Origin: Bispira polyomma
Taxonomy: Eukaryota
DNA length: 64,000 nt
Assembly (NCBI GenBank): GCA_965649765.1
Contig: OZ287748.1
Location: forward strand, 75,082,001 to 75,146,000
Direction of reading: 5' to 3'
The notes beneath the pieces are model-generated. The model was not told the DNA's origin and did no database searches. It saw only the letters and a list, made by a program, of their open reading frames with translations. Made by a program: the position numbers and the translations under genes. Positions 12,421 through 25,808 of the stretch are shown here, in pieces (position 1 is the first letter of the stretch; every line of letters starts with the position of its first letter).

Positions 12421-13769
12421 GGGCTTAGTCTTCAGTTCTGTATATAAAGTAGATTAACATAGAATAAACTAATTATCCCAAGGCTATTCTCTTACTTAGT
12501 TATCATCACTTCAAGGTCAAATAGGGCACTGTACAATATACTCTGTTTAATGTAGAGTACGGTTTCATAAATTGTTAATTAGTCAGAAGTAATTAGAGAT
12601 GTTCTGAGAATAAAAATAAAGCAGGTTTATAGGGTGTCATTGAATTAAGCTGTTGTGTTATGGTCAATTAAATCTGGGTTTTCAAGGAGAGCTTCTACTG
12701 TGAATAAATGTCAGTAAACATACATGAGATTTAATTTGGTCTAAAGTATGAACTCCATAATACTCACTGGTTTAGAGGTGATTCAATCATAGGTAATAAT
12801 ACTAGAAACAACATTTCTCTATATATTAACTATATAAACTTCCAGAGAAAAGGTGACTGAGGGCTTGTACACAGGAAATAAAACTTACACCTACTATTTT
12901 GTTCAGAGTTGCACTAACATTTGATGTAGGTAGTCTTCAAGAACATGTTAATGACGTCATGTGAGTATATTTTGCGCACAAAGAGCATGTCTTAGGCATG
13001 TGGCTTTGATGCAATAAGCAATGTTTATGGAATGACTCAGTGGCAAAAACAAAACCTTGTCCAAAGCTCTATAATTTCCAATATACATGTAATGGTAATA
13101 AAGTGTAAATTACTTGAACCTGAATAATATTGTGTGCTATTGTATTAGCTTTTGTTAGCATTTATATAGCACCAAATTGACGACCCAATATATCCCTACT
13201 TTAGGTTGCTAATTCTTATAGAAGGGATTGAACTACGAAATAGCATGTGTCGTCCTCAGAAGGCAATTAATTGTGTTCCCATCTGATCCAATGTTATACA
13301 AACAAAAACCATTGAGATTCAGGAGGGGTTTAACTCGGACAGTATTAAAAATGCTTCTGACCTAGCCAAAACTTGGGCTTATCCATGACTTAATTTCGAA
13401 GTCTTTGTTTTAGCCAAGGCATTGTTTAACATGATTAAGGACTTAAAACGCTAAAACACTAATATGATGTGTCATTTGAAACTTTTTAAAAATTGCACAC
13501 ATTAACATAAATTTCTGTGTAAATGACATTGACCAAATATTGCAATGGACAAATGTATTGGTAAAAGAAACCAGTAACATATACATGTACAGGAATTTTT
13601 ATATTTACTTTAAACCAGCGATTCACTAAAATTACACACCTTCCCACCTTGAATTTAGAGTTCATTACAAAAGCTTGCCTGTGAGTAATTTTGGCCTCAT
13701 TCTGAAAAACAAGATGGACGCCAGACGGGCTTTCTTTGAAAATAATCAGGATTTTAACTGTTTTTCTTA

Positions 13770-14630
13770 GCTGTAGAAGGATGAATCTCTTCACATGTGA
13801 TATGTTTAACGGATATATATGTCCTGTATAAGCATGCAGACATTTGACCTTGAATCTCCTCATTTAAGGTCTTTGACAGAGTGCCAAAGTACCCCAAGTG
13901 CCTCATTTTGGTTAAACTTAAAATGTCCACACCTCTCTTAAAATTAGTGCTCAGATTTGACCAGGGCCTCTCCTTCAAGGTCAAACAGGGATGGCCAAAG
14001 TTAAAAGTGCCTATATCTCGGATTATTTTTGGTCAAACAGGTTTTGGATGTGAAACCAACCTATAGAAAATCATGGCCTGGAAATCTTTTGATGTGGTCC
14101 GATTTGACCTTGGGCCCCTCGTTCAAAGTCAAATGCAGATGGCCAAACTTAAAAGTGCCTATATCTCGCTTATTATTAGCCCCAGAGGTTTGGAATATAA
14201 AACCAATCTGTAGGAAATCGAAACCTGGGAATCTTTTGATGTGGTATGATTTGACCTTGGACCCCTCGTTCAAGGTCAGTCTTGGTCAAACTTAAAAGTG
14301 CCTATATCTCGCTTATTATTGGTTGTAGAGGTTTGGGATGTGAAACAAACCTATAGAAAATCATGGGCTGGTAATCTTTTGTTGTGGTCAGATTTGACCT
14401 TGGACCCCTCTTGCAAGGTCAAATGAGTAGGTCAAACTTTAAAGTGCCTATCTCACACTTATTATTGGTCCCACAGGTTTGCAATGTGAAACCCACTTGT
14501 GCCATTTAAGGCTTTAGCATAAACGCATAGGCTTCTAGCTTGTGTGCTAGCTAGGGTGCTTGCTACCTAGGGTGCTTTGTCTTTCTGGTGGATACAAATA
14601 TGCATCAGTTCTCCGATGTGCTAGGTCTAG
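13770..14630 (+). mobile_element. HINE/Helentron-like non-autonomous rolling-circle element with ~147-bp internal tandem repeats
   Basis: Units start gatttgacc at 13954, 14101, 14248 and 14391. The 3' end has the subTIR tggtggatacaa, a hairpin gcatc...gatgt, and CTAG-TT. An inverted homologue lies at 35249-35768. Confidence 0.75.
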
Positions 14631-15730
14631 TTTAGTTTGGGTTTAACTTTGCTATGTATAAGTATGTACTACATCACAGTAGCCTATAGCTTCCTGGTAG
14701 AGAAAACCAATACTGTACACCACCAACCATAAGCAAATCTACTGCCAACTTTCCCATATGTATACCCATGGCCGAAATTGAAACCCTCGATTGGAGAGGT
14801 GGGAGTCACAAGTGTTACTGGTACATCACCGAGACCTGGAAGTGATTCTGAAACCAAAACTCTTTTTACCACAAGGCTTGATACAAATAACTTTGTGACA
14901 AAAGCTCTCAAATTTCTTGCAAATAGATCAAGGTTCATCACCAGAACAATGCCTTGTCATGTGCTTGATTTCTATTTATAAATGAAACAAAAGAACGAAA
15001 ACATTCCTATTTCCGTTTCTCTTTCAGTTTTATCTCAAGTGTGATTTACATGTGATCATATGAAGTGGCGTCAGCTGATAATGTTTATCCATTCTACCAA
15101 AAGGACAGAGCCAACAGAGGTATATCCAGGACATATTACTGATAACGACAATATATATTAATAGCACTTAGATACACACTCTGGAGTTATGTGATAAAGT
15201 TTGCTGTTGTTTCTTCCACCAAATACATCATGTTTCTGACTCTTCTGCTCCAGAAATAATAACTAGATGGACTTGGTACGCAGCACTTGGCAAAAAACAC
15301 AAACTCTAGCTTGTCTGTTCAAATAGTTGTAAAACACATTTTCTTGACTCTCCCTTGTAGACACATACAGATTAACACATTAAAGTGGAACAGAGAAAAA
15401 TACCTCTTTCCACTTAACAGGGTGAATTTGAAAGAACATGGCCTTTGTAGGACTACACACTTATCTGGTTCTACTTAAAGTGGTTTTGACTGTATTATTA
15501 AAACTAGTTTGTTGCAAAAATGATCAGCTTGCCAATCTTCTAAAGGCAGAACAAATTCTTTTTTTTTTGATAAAATTGTGTTGCAAAGGTATTGCAGAGT
15601 TTGATTACACTACTGATCAGTGTTCATGCAAATGTGCAGATATGAAGTTAAATGTAGATTCTCATGGGGAGTAAAAAATGGTATTGTTTTTTCTGAATGC
15701 AGATTTACTGTCTTCACTAACCAGCTGTTA

Positions 15731-15945
15731 GGGGCCGCAGTGGCCTAGTGGTAACAAGTGCCTGCTTTAAAATTACTGGCCTCTCACCAATGAGGGTTCA
15801 TATCCTGTTTGTTCTTTCATGTGGGAAAGTTTGTCAGGTACTTGCCATAGCTCGGTGGTTTACAGTAATTTACCACTGGTTTTTACCACTATTAAATTTG
15901 GCCGTCACAATATGGCCTAAGCAGTTGAAAGTGATGTTCAAACTC
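15731..15945 (+). mobile_element. tRNA-derived SINE, older copy
   Basis: ggggccgcagtggcctagtggt A-box, ggttcatatcc B-box, and a ...ttgaaagtgatgttcaa tail. The head resembles the SINEs at 28707 and 34145. Confidence 0.7.
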
Positions 15946-16176
15946 ACTACCCTGCTATCGGTACTGGGATACCAGCAATTATTAACCTTAAACAGGTTTC
16001 TAAGCCATCAAAAAGTGTTTTAACTGTAGACACTATAAACCTCATCTATATAATACCATGTTTAAAAAAAGGTCAAAAAGTGTCAAAAAGTGTCAAAAGT
16101 GGTATTTTGTGACCTTAAAGTGGCTCCCATGTAGCCATATATATATGTGGCATTAATACCAAGATATTATTATATG

Positions 16177-16530
16177 GTCTTTGTGGCCTAGCTGTTAGAG
16201 TGTCAGATCTGAGGGTCCAGGTTCAATCTTCCTGCAAGCCTAAAGATTGTACTTTTGGACAAGGTACTTTACACAAAGTTGTCTGGCTCCACCTAAGTTT
16301 ATAAATGGGTATCTAGCTGCTAATGGGCGTTAGTCTGTGCACCTATGTGGCGATTGGCTAGTATGCTTCATAAGGGATCTGAGAGTGAACAATTGGTTGA
16401 CAGAGCTGGAAATGGAGAATTGGTTGACCAGTGGAAAAAGTTTAAAGAACCTAGGCTGGGAGTGTAAACTATGAACAGCACAATAAAAATAAGCACTATA
16501 TAAATGCAAATGTTTTACATTTTATTTATT
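16177..16530 (+). mobile_element. tRNA-derived SINE with CORE-like central domain and L2-like tail, degenerate
   Basis: tggcctagctgtt / ggttcaatc boxes; ttggacaaggtactttacaca...tccacctaagtttataaatgggta central segment (fragment also at ~36215-36330, minus); taagcactatataaatgc tail. Confidence 0.55.
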
Positions 16531-18395
16531 TTAAGTACTTTTATCACAACTCATCCAACAACTAAAATCCAATGGTTTAATATGCCTTTTTCAGATATTG
16601 GCCTATATATTAACTGCCCTAGATGGAAATCTTTAATGACCTCAAGGTAACCTTAAAAGTCTGCAGATTTTCGACCTACTCATAAAGCACATTTAGGAAA
16701 AAACAGTTATATCTACCTTACTGTTTTTGGGATATGGAGCAAAAAAAAGAAGAAGAGAAATATGACATGTAGGTGACCTTAAAGTGAATATATTTTTGGG
16801 GTTTAACGAATTAGGTTTTAAGGTCACCTTAAAATAGAGATTACTTTCAGGTCTACATAGAGCCTTTGTTTCAATATTAAATGAAATGTTTCAAATTTTA
16901 TTGAACGACGACCACACTGATTATACTGAGACCAATATAGCTTTAACTTCCCTCCAAAGATATAAAATCTATCATGAATAAACTAGAATCGACTGTATTG
17001 TTCTGGCTATATATGTATACGTTATGGCGTTGTTACAAGATGACAAAAAGTCATTACAATATTCTTGTATCTCTGGACAGGCTACATATAGGGGGCCAAG
17101 TTGAAACTAATGCCCCATTCACACATTGGAGCTATGGTAGGCAGTACCAGAAGGTACTTTCACTTATTCTGCCTGTTATATTGGCTGATACATCTAGGAG
17201 AAATATATACTAGCAACTTGTCCAGATAAGTTTCACAGACAATAAACAGATGGAAAAAGATGATTACTGGCATGGAAGAGTTAAAGTAGTGATGTAGAAA
17301 TACTAAGAAATAGTCTGAATGGGCGGAAATATATGCTTACTGGGACGAAACAGTTACAGTAGTCATTCAGCAATACTCGGAAATATTTGAAAATGGAAGA
17401 ATTTGTCCGTACTTCTCCACCTTGGTGATGCAGAAATTTTGACCATTTTCCAAACTTCCACCTCGCACGGCCGACTGTAGAAGAGTCAGGAAAGAAGCTG
17501 AAGTTAAGGGAAGTTAGATAACGGTTTTCCAAGATACAAGGTGATTTTCATGTCTCTTACCGCCTCTCCATTACCGTCATAGTGTGAACCGCACATTAGG
17601 GAGCAAAACAACTAAATACCAGGATAGCCATAGGCAGGATTCACAGCTGATATGGTAGTTTTTAATGATTTTTTTTATAGAAGCAGACATTAATTTATGT
17701 TAGGTTTCTTGTTAACTTAATGTGAGACAGTGGACATTTATTTGAGCCCCATAGGTGTAGTAATTTATATATTTAACATGGCAAAGGCTTGGGTGAAAGG
17801 TATAATAATGTGTATTGAATTTAGAATTATGAAACAAGAGTTGTCTTTTAAAAAAAGACATTGGCATACAGTGTGACTGACACCACTTATTTTGGCCTAA
17901 ATTGTATTTCAAAAAAGAGTGAAATAATAGATACTCTTTCTGCACTAGTGGTACCACGGCTCGGGTCCCACTAGGACATCAGAGACCTTCTTTATTTCAC
18001 ACTTCCCGGCTTTACCTAATAATCACCTGATAATGTATAATCTGACACCCCTCAGTTTGGCCAGGTAGATTGCTTCCAACAAATCCATGAAGGCTTTAAA
18101 TATTTCCAACATTACAGAGTGAAAACAATATCAGGCTGCACCTGATATCAACTGTGATCCATCTCCACATAAATGGTGATGTGATGTATGTACAAGCAAT
18201 CAGTTAAAACACATCAGAATAACGAGGAGCTATCACTGAGAAGACTTCTACTTAAGCGGTTAAATTCTAAACTGTCTTCACAAATATGGCAAACCTGGAT
18301 TGATTGTCTTTCCGTTGCCTTTGAATTACATTTTTTAAAGCTTCAAGATTTCTACCCAACAATGCAGAAATCTAATATTTTTTTCCCCAACTCTT

Positions 18396-18578
18396 TTAAC
18401 ATTTTTCTGAGTTTGGAGTCTCCTTTTTCACTTCCACCATCAACACGTCAGCGTCTTTTGGTCCTACTTTTGCCCAGTCCTGTTCTTCTCCACTTGCAAA
18501 GATAAGGTACACAACACAGCCCAGTGCGTACACCCCTCCACAGATAAAGAACACAAACTGCCACTCTCCTCTGGTTCC
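18396..18578 (-). CDS. SLC17 paralog B, terminal coding exon (GTRGEWQFVFFICGGVY...FASGEEQDWAK...EKC*)
   Basis: ttgctag acceptor at 18581-18579. 61 codons including TAA at 18398-18396. SLC17 TM12 motif W..VF...Y...ASGE.Q.WA. Confidence 0.92.
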   Translation of the reverse strand, partial: GTRGEWQFVFFICGGVYALGCVVYLIFASGEEQDWAKVGPKDADVLMVEVKKETPNSEKC

Positions 18579-18776
18579 CTAGCAACAAGACAACAAATAA
18601 TACTAACTATCAGCCTAGATTTAACACGCCTTATTGATGCAAAGCACAATAATAGTATCAATTAACGAAACGAGAAGTCCCAAAAAATATGGCTAGGTCA
18701 TAAGGATGTGGCTGTACAGGGACAGAACTAAAGGACGTAAGTGAGTTCCCTTGCAATAAGAGAACAAATACTATTA

Positions 18777-18961
18777 CAGTAGAACCTCTATTATCCGACC
18801 TTCCATTATCTGAATATTTGATTTGATGAACTCATTTTCCTCTCCCAAATTTACATTCTCTTATTGTTTTGTACTATAATGTCCCTTCTATTTTATGAAC
18901 CTTCTATTATCTGAACAAAATCTTGCTCTTCCAATATGTTCGGATAACAGAGTTTGTACTG
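18777..18961. mobile_element. pogo/Tigger-like MITE, family 1 (TIR CAGTAGAACCTCTATTATCCGA, TA TSD)
   Basis: ta|cagtagaacctctattatccga...tcggataacagagtttgtactg|ta. Further copies at ~24745, 25883, 27000, 31460, 33838, 34400, 36993, 40495, 54060, 56170, 58198, 61440 and 62520. Confidence 0.8.
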
Positions 18962-19944
18962 TACTATTACTACTGTTACTAATAATTAGTCTAGATTTCC
19001 AAACAAACACAATTGAGTAGAATAGATTTGTCCACATTTGATCCCAAAGACTGTATATGCGGTACTGTTATATAAATTTAAATTAAAATACAGCCTTTTG
19101 TGTAAGCTAATTATGTTAACCTTGGGACCTCGATAACTGTACTCTATTGTCAAAGAAAGAATATTAACATGTATCCTACCCTATACGTAGGGTATGTGTT
19201 ATACTTTTGATATGTGACACCGTTAATGATTATCAGCGTGACGCATATTCATTAGCGTCAAAGACTTCAGAGGGTGATAATGAAGGTCAGGGTGATATGC
19301 TTTTGAAATAAGACATTGTCACTGATTATCAGCCTGGCACATTCATTAACATCCAATATTTGCAGAGGGTTATAATTAATAATTAATTAAAAGATCAAGA
19401 ACTATTGTTAAAGGGTCACTTCAAAAGCACATGGCACATAAGAAACTTTTTATTATTAATATTAGCTAATATAAAACTTAGTTTTTTAAGGATAGAATGT
19501 GAATGCGATACAAAAAATTACAATTTATGAGTGTGGATATGAGCTCAAAACAACTGAATATTTAGAATAATAGAAATATGAATAACCAAAACTGCACTAT
19601 AAAAGATTAGTAGAAACCCTTTTGTCCAAACTTTTTTTCTCTGAATATGAGATTTATGATACTTATTTTTGCTCTCGCCAAACTTTACTGTTATTTTGAG
19701 TTATGCCTAATTGCTAATATTCACTTATAACAACAGCTTCATATTGGTAGCAAATAGTTTCAGTGCGGTGGGAGGTCAATGAGGTTTCAGAGACTAGTTT
19801 CAAACAAGGCGTGTGTGTGCTTTGCAGTTAATTTTAGGCACCAACTGGTAGCACATGGGGTAAAATTTGTCTCCCCCCCCCCCACACTTTACCCAAACCC
19901 GTATATGTGTTAATCTTACTCAGTATACCTAGTTCTTATCTTAT

Positions 19945-20195
19945 TATCCCCGCGGTATAATGGTTAGGGTGTTGGTCTGATGATCAAAAAGTCTCTGGTT
20001 CTATTGCCGGTACCAGCTGCTAGTTTCAAGATGTGAACACAAGTTTGCCTACTGGCTCAGATGACCAGTTAAAAGGATGTTGCTAAATGGTCATTTTCAA
20101 GCTTGCTTCGGCGCCTATGTATGGCTGCCCATAAGAAAGCGCATTTGAAACGGCCCTGTGTTATATAAGTGTGCTATAAAAATGTCCCATTTTAG
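19945..20195 (+). mobile_element. Degenerate tRNA-derived SINE
   Basis: cgcggtataatggttagg A-box, ggttctattgcc B-box-like, tail aagcgcatttgaaacggccctgtgttatataagtgtgctataaaa. Confidence 0.45.
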
Positions 20196-20954
20196 ATTCA
20201 TTTCATGATGCATTGTCTATTTAGCCATTAAAAAACGGAGTGGGGGAAAGGGTATCATATATTTTTACCTTGCTTTATGTGATACGAGGCATCTTCTAAA
20301 GAGCAAGAACCGGATCAATCAACGAATCATTCTTCAACATAGCTTGGGTGATCATCAGTAGAAAATGGCATGTTCTCAGACCAACTCCCTAACCACTAGG
20401 CCACGGCTGACCACAAGGTAGACACACTAAAGGTGTCTAACTGATGTTTGGACACCTTTTCAGATGCCGTACTTAATTACTTAATTAATAATGTAATTTT
20501 CTCAGCAAAATATCTGAATACATGTGTATTTCAGTTTGATAAACCCATTTTTACTCTTTCCAAGGTTTGTTTTCCTTTGAATTACTTTCAACCCCTTTCA
20601 ACCCTTTCAGACTTTCTACATAATGAAGTCTCATAATTATCAGTTATTTTACCAGTAATTTGAACACATATTTTAATTTTGATATACAGTCAAGCAAACC
20701 CCCTTTTAGTGGAACTTTATTGGAAGTCAATTTCCCATTTATTTGAGAAAGAATCTTATTATTGTAATAAGTTCTACAGAAGATATAATATTACAGTACA
20801 AAATGTCACTGCCTTATATACAGTCCAACCAGTGTAAAGTGGGTAGTGTATTTACTGAACACATGTTCATTGATAATATATAGTGAGACACTGATGAATA
20901 TTTGTACAGAATTATAACACATTTTGGCTTAGCAAAGCAAGGGAAACATATAAA

Positions 20955-21150
20955 ACTAGAAAGGCATTCAGTAGAGCGCATCTCTCCACCAATTTGCCAC
21001 AGTGCCAAAACATGAAAAAATTCCTAGATCTGGCCCATTAACCCCATCTGTCCATCAACTTTAATGCAAATCGATTCGGTAGTTTTTGTGTAATCCTGAC
21101 AACAAACAAACAAATGAACACGGGCATAAACATTATATCTTGACACAGGT
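20955..21150 (-). mobile_element. Short Helitron/HINE-like element (…ggagagatgcgctctactgaatgcctttCTAG-TT)
   Basis: 3' hairpin plus CTAG terminus. Related copies at ~53280-53540, 57475-57700, 57975-58140, 60655-60910 and 62750-62950. Confidence 0.55.
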
Positions 21151-22214
21151 AAAAGCTGTGTATCACTAACTAATATTCCTGTTTGGGCCAGTGTGGCTGA
21201 ATATTTGAACATGTACAGGATTATGAATTTTTTTTGGTTTGATTACACAATATATTTATTAATTTCTTTGTGCTCTTTAAACATGGAAAAGCTTTTAGTC
21301 ATAAAACCAGTACAGTAGAAATATATATTGTTAAACTCCTTTCAAGAAACCAGGAGAAGTACCTATACTCACACAGGATTTCCACTTAACAGGGTACTAT
21401 AATTTTTTTTCCTCATATAAAAAGGAAATTGACATAACATAGTTCCACTAAAAGTGGTTGTTTGGCTGTATATCAAGATTAACATATGTTCAAAATACTG
21501 GTAAAATAACTGAGAATTGTTTTATGAGAATTAAATGACCTGTGTTTTTATTTATTTATATATACCATTGTGGTATATATGTGGTTGTGGTACATACATT
21601 TTGCATCTGTAAACATCCCAACCACAGAAATGGGATACCCTTGTTTATTTGTGTGGTAACAGGACCCATCAAGGGGCTGCAAAAGTGTGCCAAAGTTATG
21701 AACACATGACACGATTGCATGTTGAACTTATTGTCAGGACAAACCCAGCCCTTGTTTACAAACTATTAATAGAACTTATGAGAAAGAACTGAAGTGATAA
21801 CTGCGTCGTACAAACCTACACACCGATGTTACCAAATATTGACAACATGGGCTGCGCATATTACTTGAACATATAACTAACAGTTTTTAATTTCTTGTAT
21901 AAGCATTTCCAAATGACTTACATTTAACCCACAAATATAGATTAAGACTACGTAGCAAGCGATCCCTGGATCAAAATATATTTTCTTCAAATTGGTAAAC
22001 ACATTTTTTTTTTCTCATAATATTACTGTAACTCATTTTTCTTGGTCATACTATTAGCCTTATTAGGTTAATATACATTTTAACCAGATGTTTGACTAAT
22101 TTAATTATACTTTCTGGCACTTAAGCTCTAAGAACCCAAGGTATTTTTTTACCATTTACCACCAGTTTAAATTATGCAGCTGTGATGAGAAATAAAACCA
22201 TCTACCCACACATG

Positions 22215-22705
22215 CTGCCCCCTTCGCCTAAAATATAATTTAATTCTATATTGTCAACTCCTGTGGATAAATAAAAAAATTTAAATATAAATACAGATTT
22301 ATATTGGGCACAAGAATGTTTAATAAATTCTGCTATGAAAATTACTTTCAAACTTTTCCAAAATGTAGATATTTCTCTGATAACATATATAAAACATCAA
22401 ACATAAATCAGGTTGTTTTTGTTTATTATTTGTTTTTTTTAATAGAACTAATGAGAAAGCTGCCCCCTCCCCCTTAAAAAAAAATTAATTCTATATTGTC
22501 AACTCCTGCGAATTAATATGAAAATTTAAATATAAATACAGATTTATATTGGATGTAGAATGTTTAATAAATCCTGCTATGAAATTAAGTTTCAAACTTT
22601 TCCAAAATGTAGATATTTTCCTGATAACATATATAAAACATGGAACATAAATCAGGTTGTTTTTGTTTATTATTAGTTTTTTTTTAGTTGGATTTTTTTT
22701 GTTAT
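22215..22705. repeat. Direct tandem duplication, ~246-bp unit x2
   Basis: gctgccccct...ttaattctatattgtcaactcctg...ttccaaaatgtagatatt...aaatcaggttgtttttgtttattatt occurs at ~22215 and ~22460. Confidence 0.85.
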
Positions 22706-24295
22706 TGAAGGTAAAGTTTGGCACAAAACGTTAAACTTGAGTTTCAGTTTGACTCTATTACTGTCACTGCGGCCCAGAGCTTCTACTTCCAAGACAGTAC
22801 AGAATAACAGATTGGGAAATGGGAAGACATAGTGCCCCTTTAGTCTTGTCTTAGGCTCCAACCAGTTGACTTTATGTAATAACAACGGAATCTTTTAGAA
22901 TTCTCAGTTATATACATGTATAATTATACACCTAGGCTGGCATTTACAAAGATTCTTATTTGTAAATATTTGTCTCAAGCAATTTGATTGGCTGTAAACA
23001 ATTTTTCAAAGTTTCAAATTTGCTAAAAACTACGAAAATTCAAAGAATTGTACTCTTTAGAATATGTTTGTAACTGTGGCCTCAGTAGAACACTGTGTTC
23101 TCTTATGTCAGTAGTTTCCTTCCCTTGTGATAGGCTTAAAAGAACGTAGATATAAATGTATGGCTGCTCATGTCCAAATTTGAATATATATAAAAAATAT
23201 ATTAACATATTTGAATTCCTTCAAAATCACGAGAGTAACGATCAGATTTGAGCCTTAGGCAAGGCTAATGTCCCTTAACACGGTGAATAACACTAAGGCA
23301 AACATGCAAATATGTAGAACTGCAATTTTTTGTTATGTTAGAGAAAGGTATATAAAAAATACATGTAAAAAAGCATGAGGACCAAAAACCTGTAAATATT
23401 TCGTATATATATCACTGATTGTCCTAATTTCAAATCACAAAATAAGTACTAAGTGGCAAATTGTAACAAATTACTCCCTCCGTCCCCCCTTCTCCTTGTT
23501 TATGTTATGTTTATACAACAAAATGGGAAATTAATTGTGGGACTGAACAATTAACTAGAAATTGCCATGACTCGGCGGGTCAAAAGAAGTTGTCAAAATT
23601 TACGCCTCAGTTTTCCGTTTTGAATATCCCTGAATGGGACATATTTCTGTGCAGGCTGTCAGAAATGGGACATGTTTTTGGTATCAACCACATGACCAGT
23701 AACTGTAATTCCCCTAACCTAAGACAGAGACTTGACGATGAATGTCTAGCAACAACCCCTAGTTGTTTTTAGTACATCACTAGAGAAAGGAACCAGTGAC
23801 AACTTGAAGACAGAGACACTCAATGTAGAACTGGTTGTACAGATGTGACAATACTTGTCAGCTGCAGTACTTCAGGTACCTTCTAATACTGTTGGTGGTA
23901 TGGTTGACCAAGAATATGTCCCATTTCTGACAGCCTGCACAAAAATATGTCCCATCATGTGTGAATGCCCCCTTATTCCACGTGTTGTTCAGACAGTGCG
24001 AGAAACAAAATTAATCCCAAGCTATACCCATGATAATCACATGCATTAAATCTAGGGAAGATATTTGCAATACTTTCCCTTTAAATGAGCAGAAACCATT
24101 TTCATGTTTGGGGTAACGGTGGCCATCTTGTTTTTAAATTTGGGAATGTGGCAAAAGATTAACAGCTATGGTACACTTATGTGTGGAGGATACATGCAGT
24201 ATTTTTCTGTAAATAAGTGGAAGCCAAAATCAGATGATGGATGGTGAATGACAGATAGCCTGACAGCAAAGCAGGGGGGAACTAAGTTAACGTAA

Positions 24296-24566
24296 AGGTA
24301 GATCCACATTGCAGCGTATCCGGATCCGTATAATGATCCAAAAATGGATATTGTTTGCTTCAAGAAAATCTGCCCAAATCATGCAAAATTTGTAGGTGCT
24401 TGCTAGATATCCACTTCACGGATCCACCAAAAATTAACAATTAAATCTGTGTACTTTATCCGGGCCGGATCAGTGGATCCATCTTCTGTACGGACGTCCA
24501 CCATGTTTCATTTGTATTAAAATTGTCCGGATTTGTGATGTGGATCCGAAATGTGTGAATCGACCT
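24296..24566. mobile_element. Harbinger-like MITE rich in GGATCC motifs
   Basis: taa|aggtagatccaca ... gtgtgaatcgacct|taa: imperfect TIRs with a TAA TSD. Confidence 0.65.
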
Positions 24567-24589
24567 TAAGGATGTAGAAAATGTCTTAC

Positions 24590-24680
24590 ATTTTGAGTGA
24601 TTGCAGCAGCAATATAGGGAGACACCATCCCAGGCAGTGTGGCCACAGTGTTAGTGATTCCAAACAATATCCCTGAATAT
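24590..24680 (-). CDS. SLC17 paralog B exon (YSGILFGITNTVATLPGMVSPYIAAAITQN)
   Basis: ctcag| acceptor at 24683-24681 and AAT|gtaaga donor. 91 nt, phase 2 to 0, consistent with flanking exons. TM11 motif G.TNT.AT.PG.V.P. Confidence 0.93.
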
Positions 24681-25657
24681 CTGAGGACACAACACAAAAA
24701 ATAGACACTAGAGACCAGTGTATGTGTTATAAATAAAAACAAATACAGTAGAACCTCTATTTTCTAAACCTGTTTGGGGAGAGCAAGATTTTGTTCAGAT
24801 AATAGAATGTTCATAAAATGGAATATGCATTTCTGTATGGAACAATAGGCATAAATTTGGAAAAGACTGAGTTTGTAATTTGGGATAAAAGAAATTTGGA
24901 TAATAGAGGTTCTACTATTTTCGCATTTGGAGCAATTAAAAAATTTAATTGTCAACTGCCACTATTTTTGGTAACATGTATCTCCACATGGTGACCTTAA
25001 GCTTTAAATGTATCACACTTACTATACTTACTATAATTTTACTATAACTGACAAAATGTGAACAAGAATAATATCTCAAAGTGTAACAGCATAGTTGAGT
25101 GTCCCACTGAGAGTTCTAGAAAATCAGACTGTGATATGCCAAAATATTTACATATATACCCAGTAATAAGGAAAATACATGTACAGTTTTACTCCTTTAA
25201 TTCAAACCTTGTGTGACCATTTGCCACCTAACAGGGTAGTTATATTTTTTAAAAAGGAGAGGCCTTATTTTGTGGGATATCTACATAAAAAGGAAATGTG
25301 ACTCAACAAAGTTCTACTTAAAGAGGTTCAACTGCATGCAGTATACAAGTTTAAACATTGGACTTAGTTGAACCCTTCCGAACCATAGGTTGTCACCTAA
25401 CAACCAACAGCATTTGTTACTCTCAGAACCTGCGTCTGTCAGTAAGCAGTCATCACCTCAAAAATTAAACATATATTCCTTCAGTTCGTTTGCAATAGGA
25501 AATTTTTAGTACAGCAGACGTCTCTGTTTACAAAATTATACCTGAGGCCGTTATTGACAGCCGGAAGTAGTCTGTGGTGTGTGTTTAAGTAACTTCAGTT
25601 ATTTGTAACCAGTCACTGTCCATTTATATACATGCAGATATCTTAGAAATCCCCTAC

Positions 25658-25808
25658 CTTGGAGCTATATCAACATGGTTAATCGAGTAACCACATCGAC
25701 CAAATGCAGTGAAAGTGATGGCAATCGTCAAGAATGCTACAGCCAAGTATCGCCTCTCACAATCCATGTATCCCACGGCAATGATAAATGCTGACGGCAC
25801 AAGGGTGG
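25658..25808 (-). CDS. SLC17 paralog B exon (ATLVPSAFIIAVGYMDC...GYSINHVDIAPR)
   Basis: ttttgcag acceptor at 25811-25809 and AG|gtaggg donor. 151 nt. NH.DIAP motif. Confidence 0.93.

Noticed and set aside
13881-14295. Short ORFs with repeated peptide motifs
   Set aside because: Translations of the 147-bp HINE tandem units.
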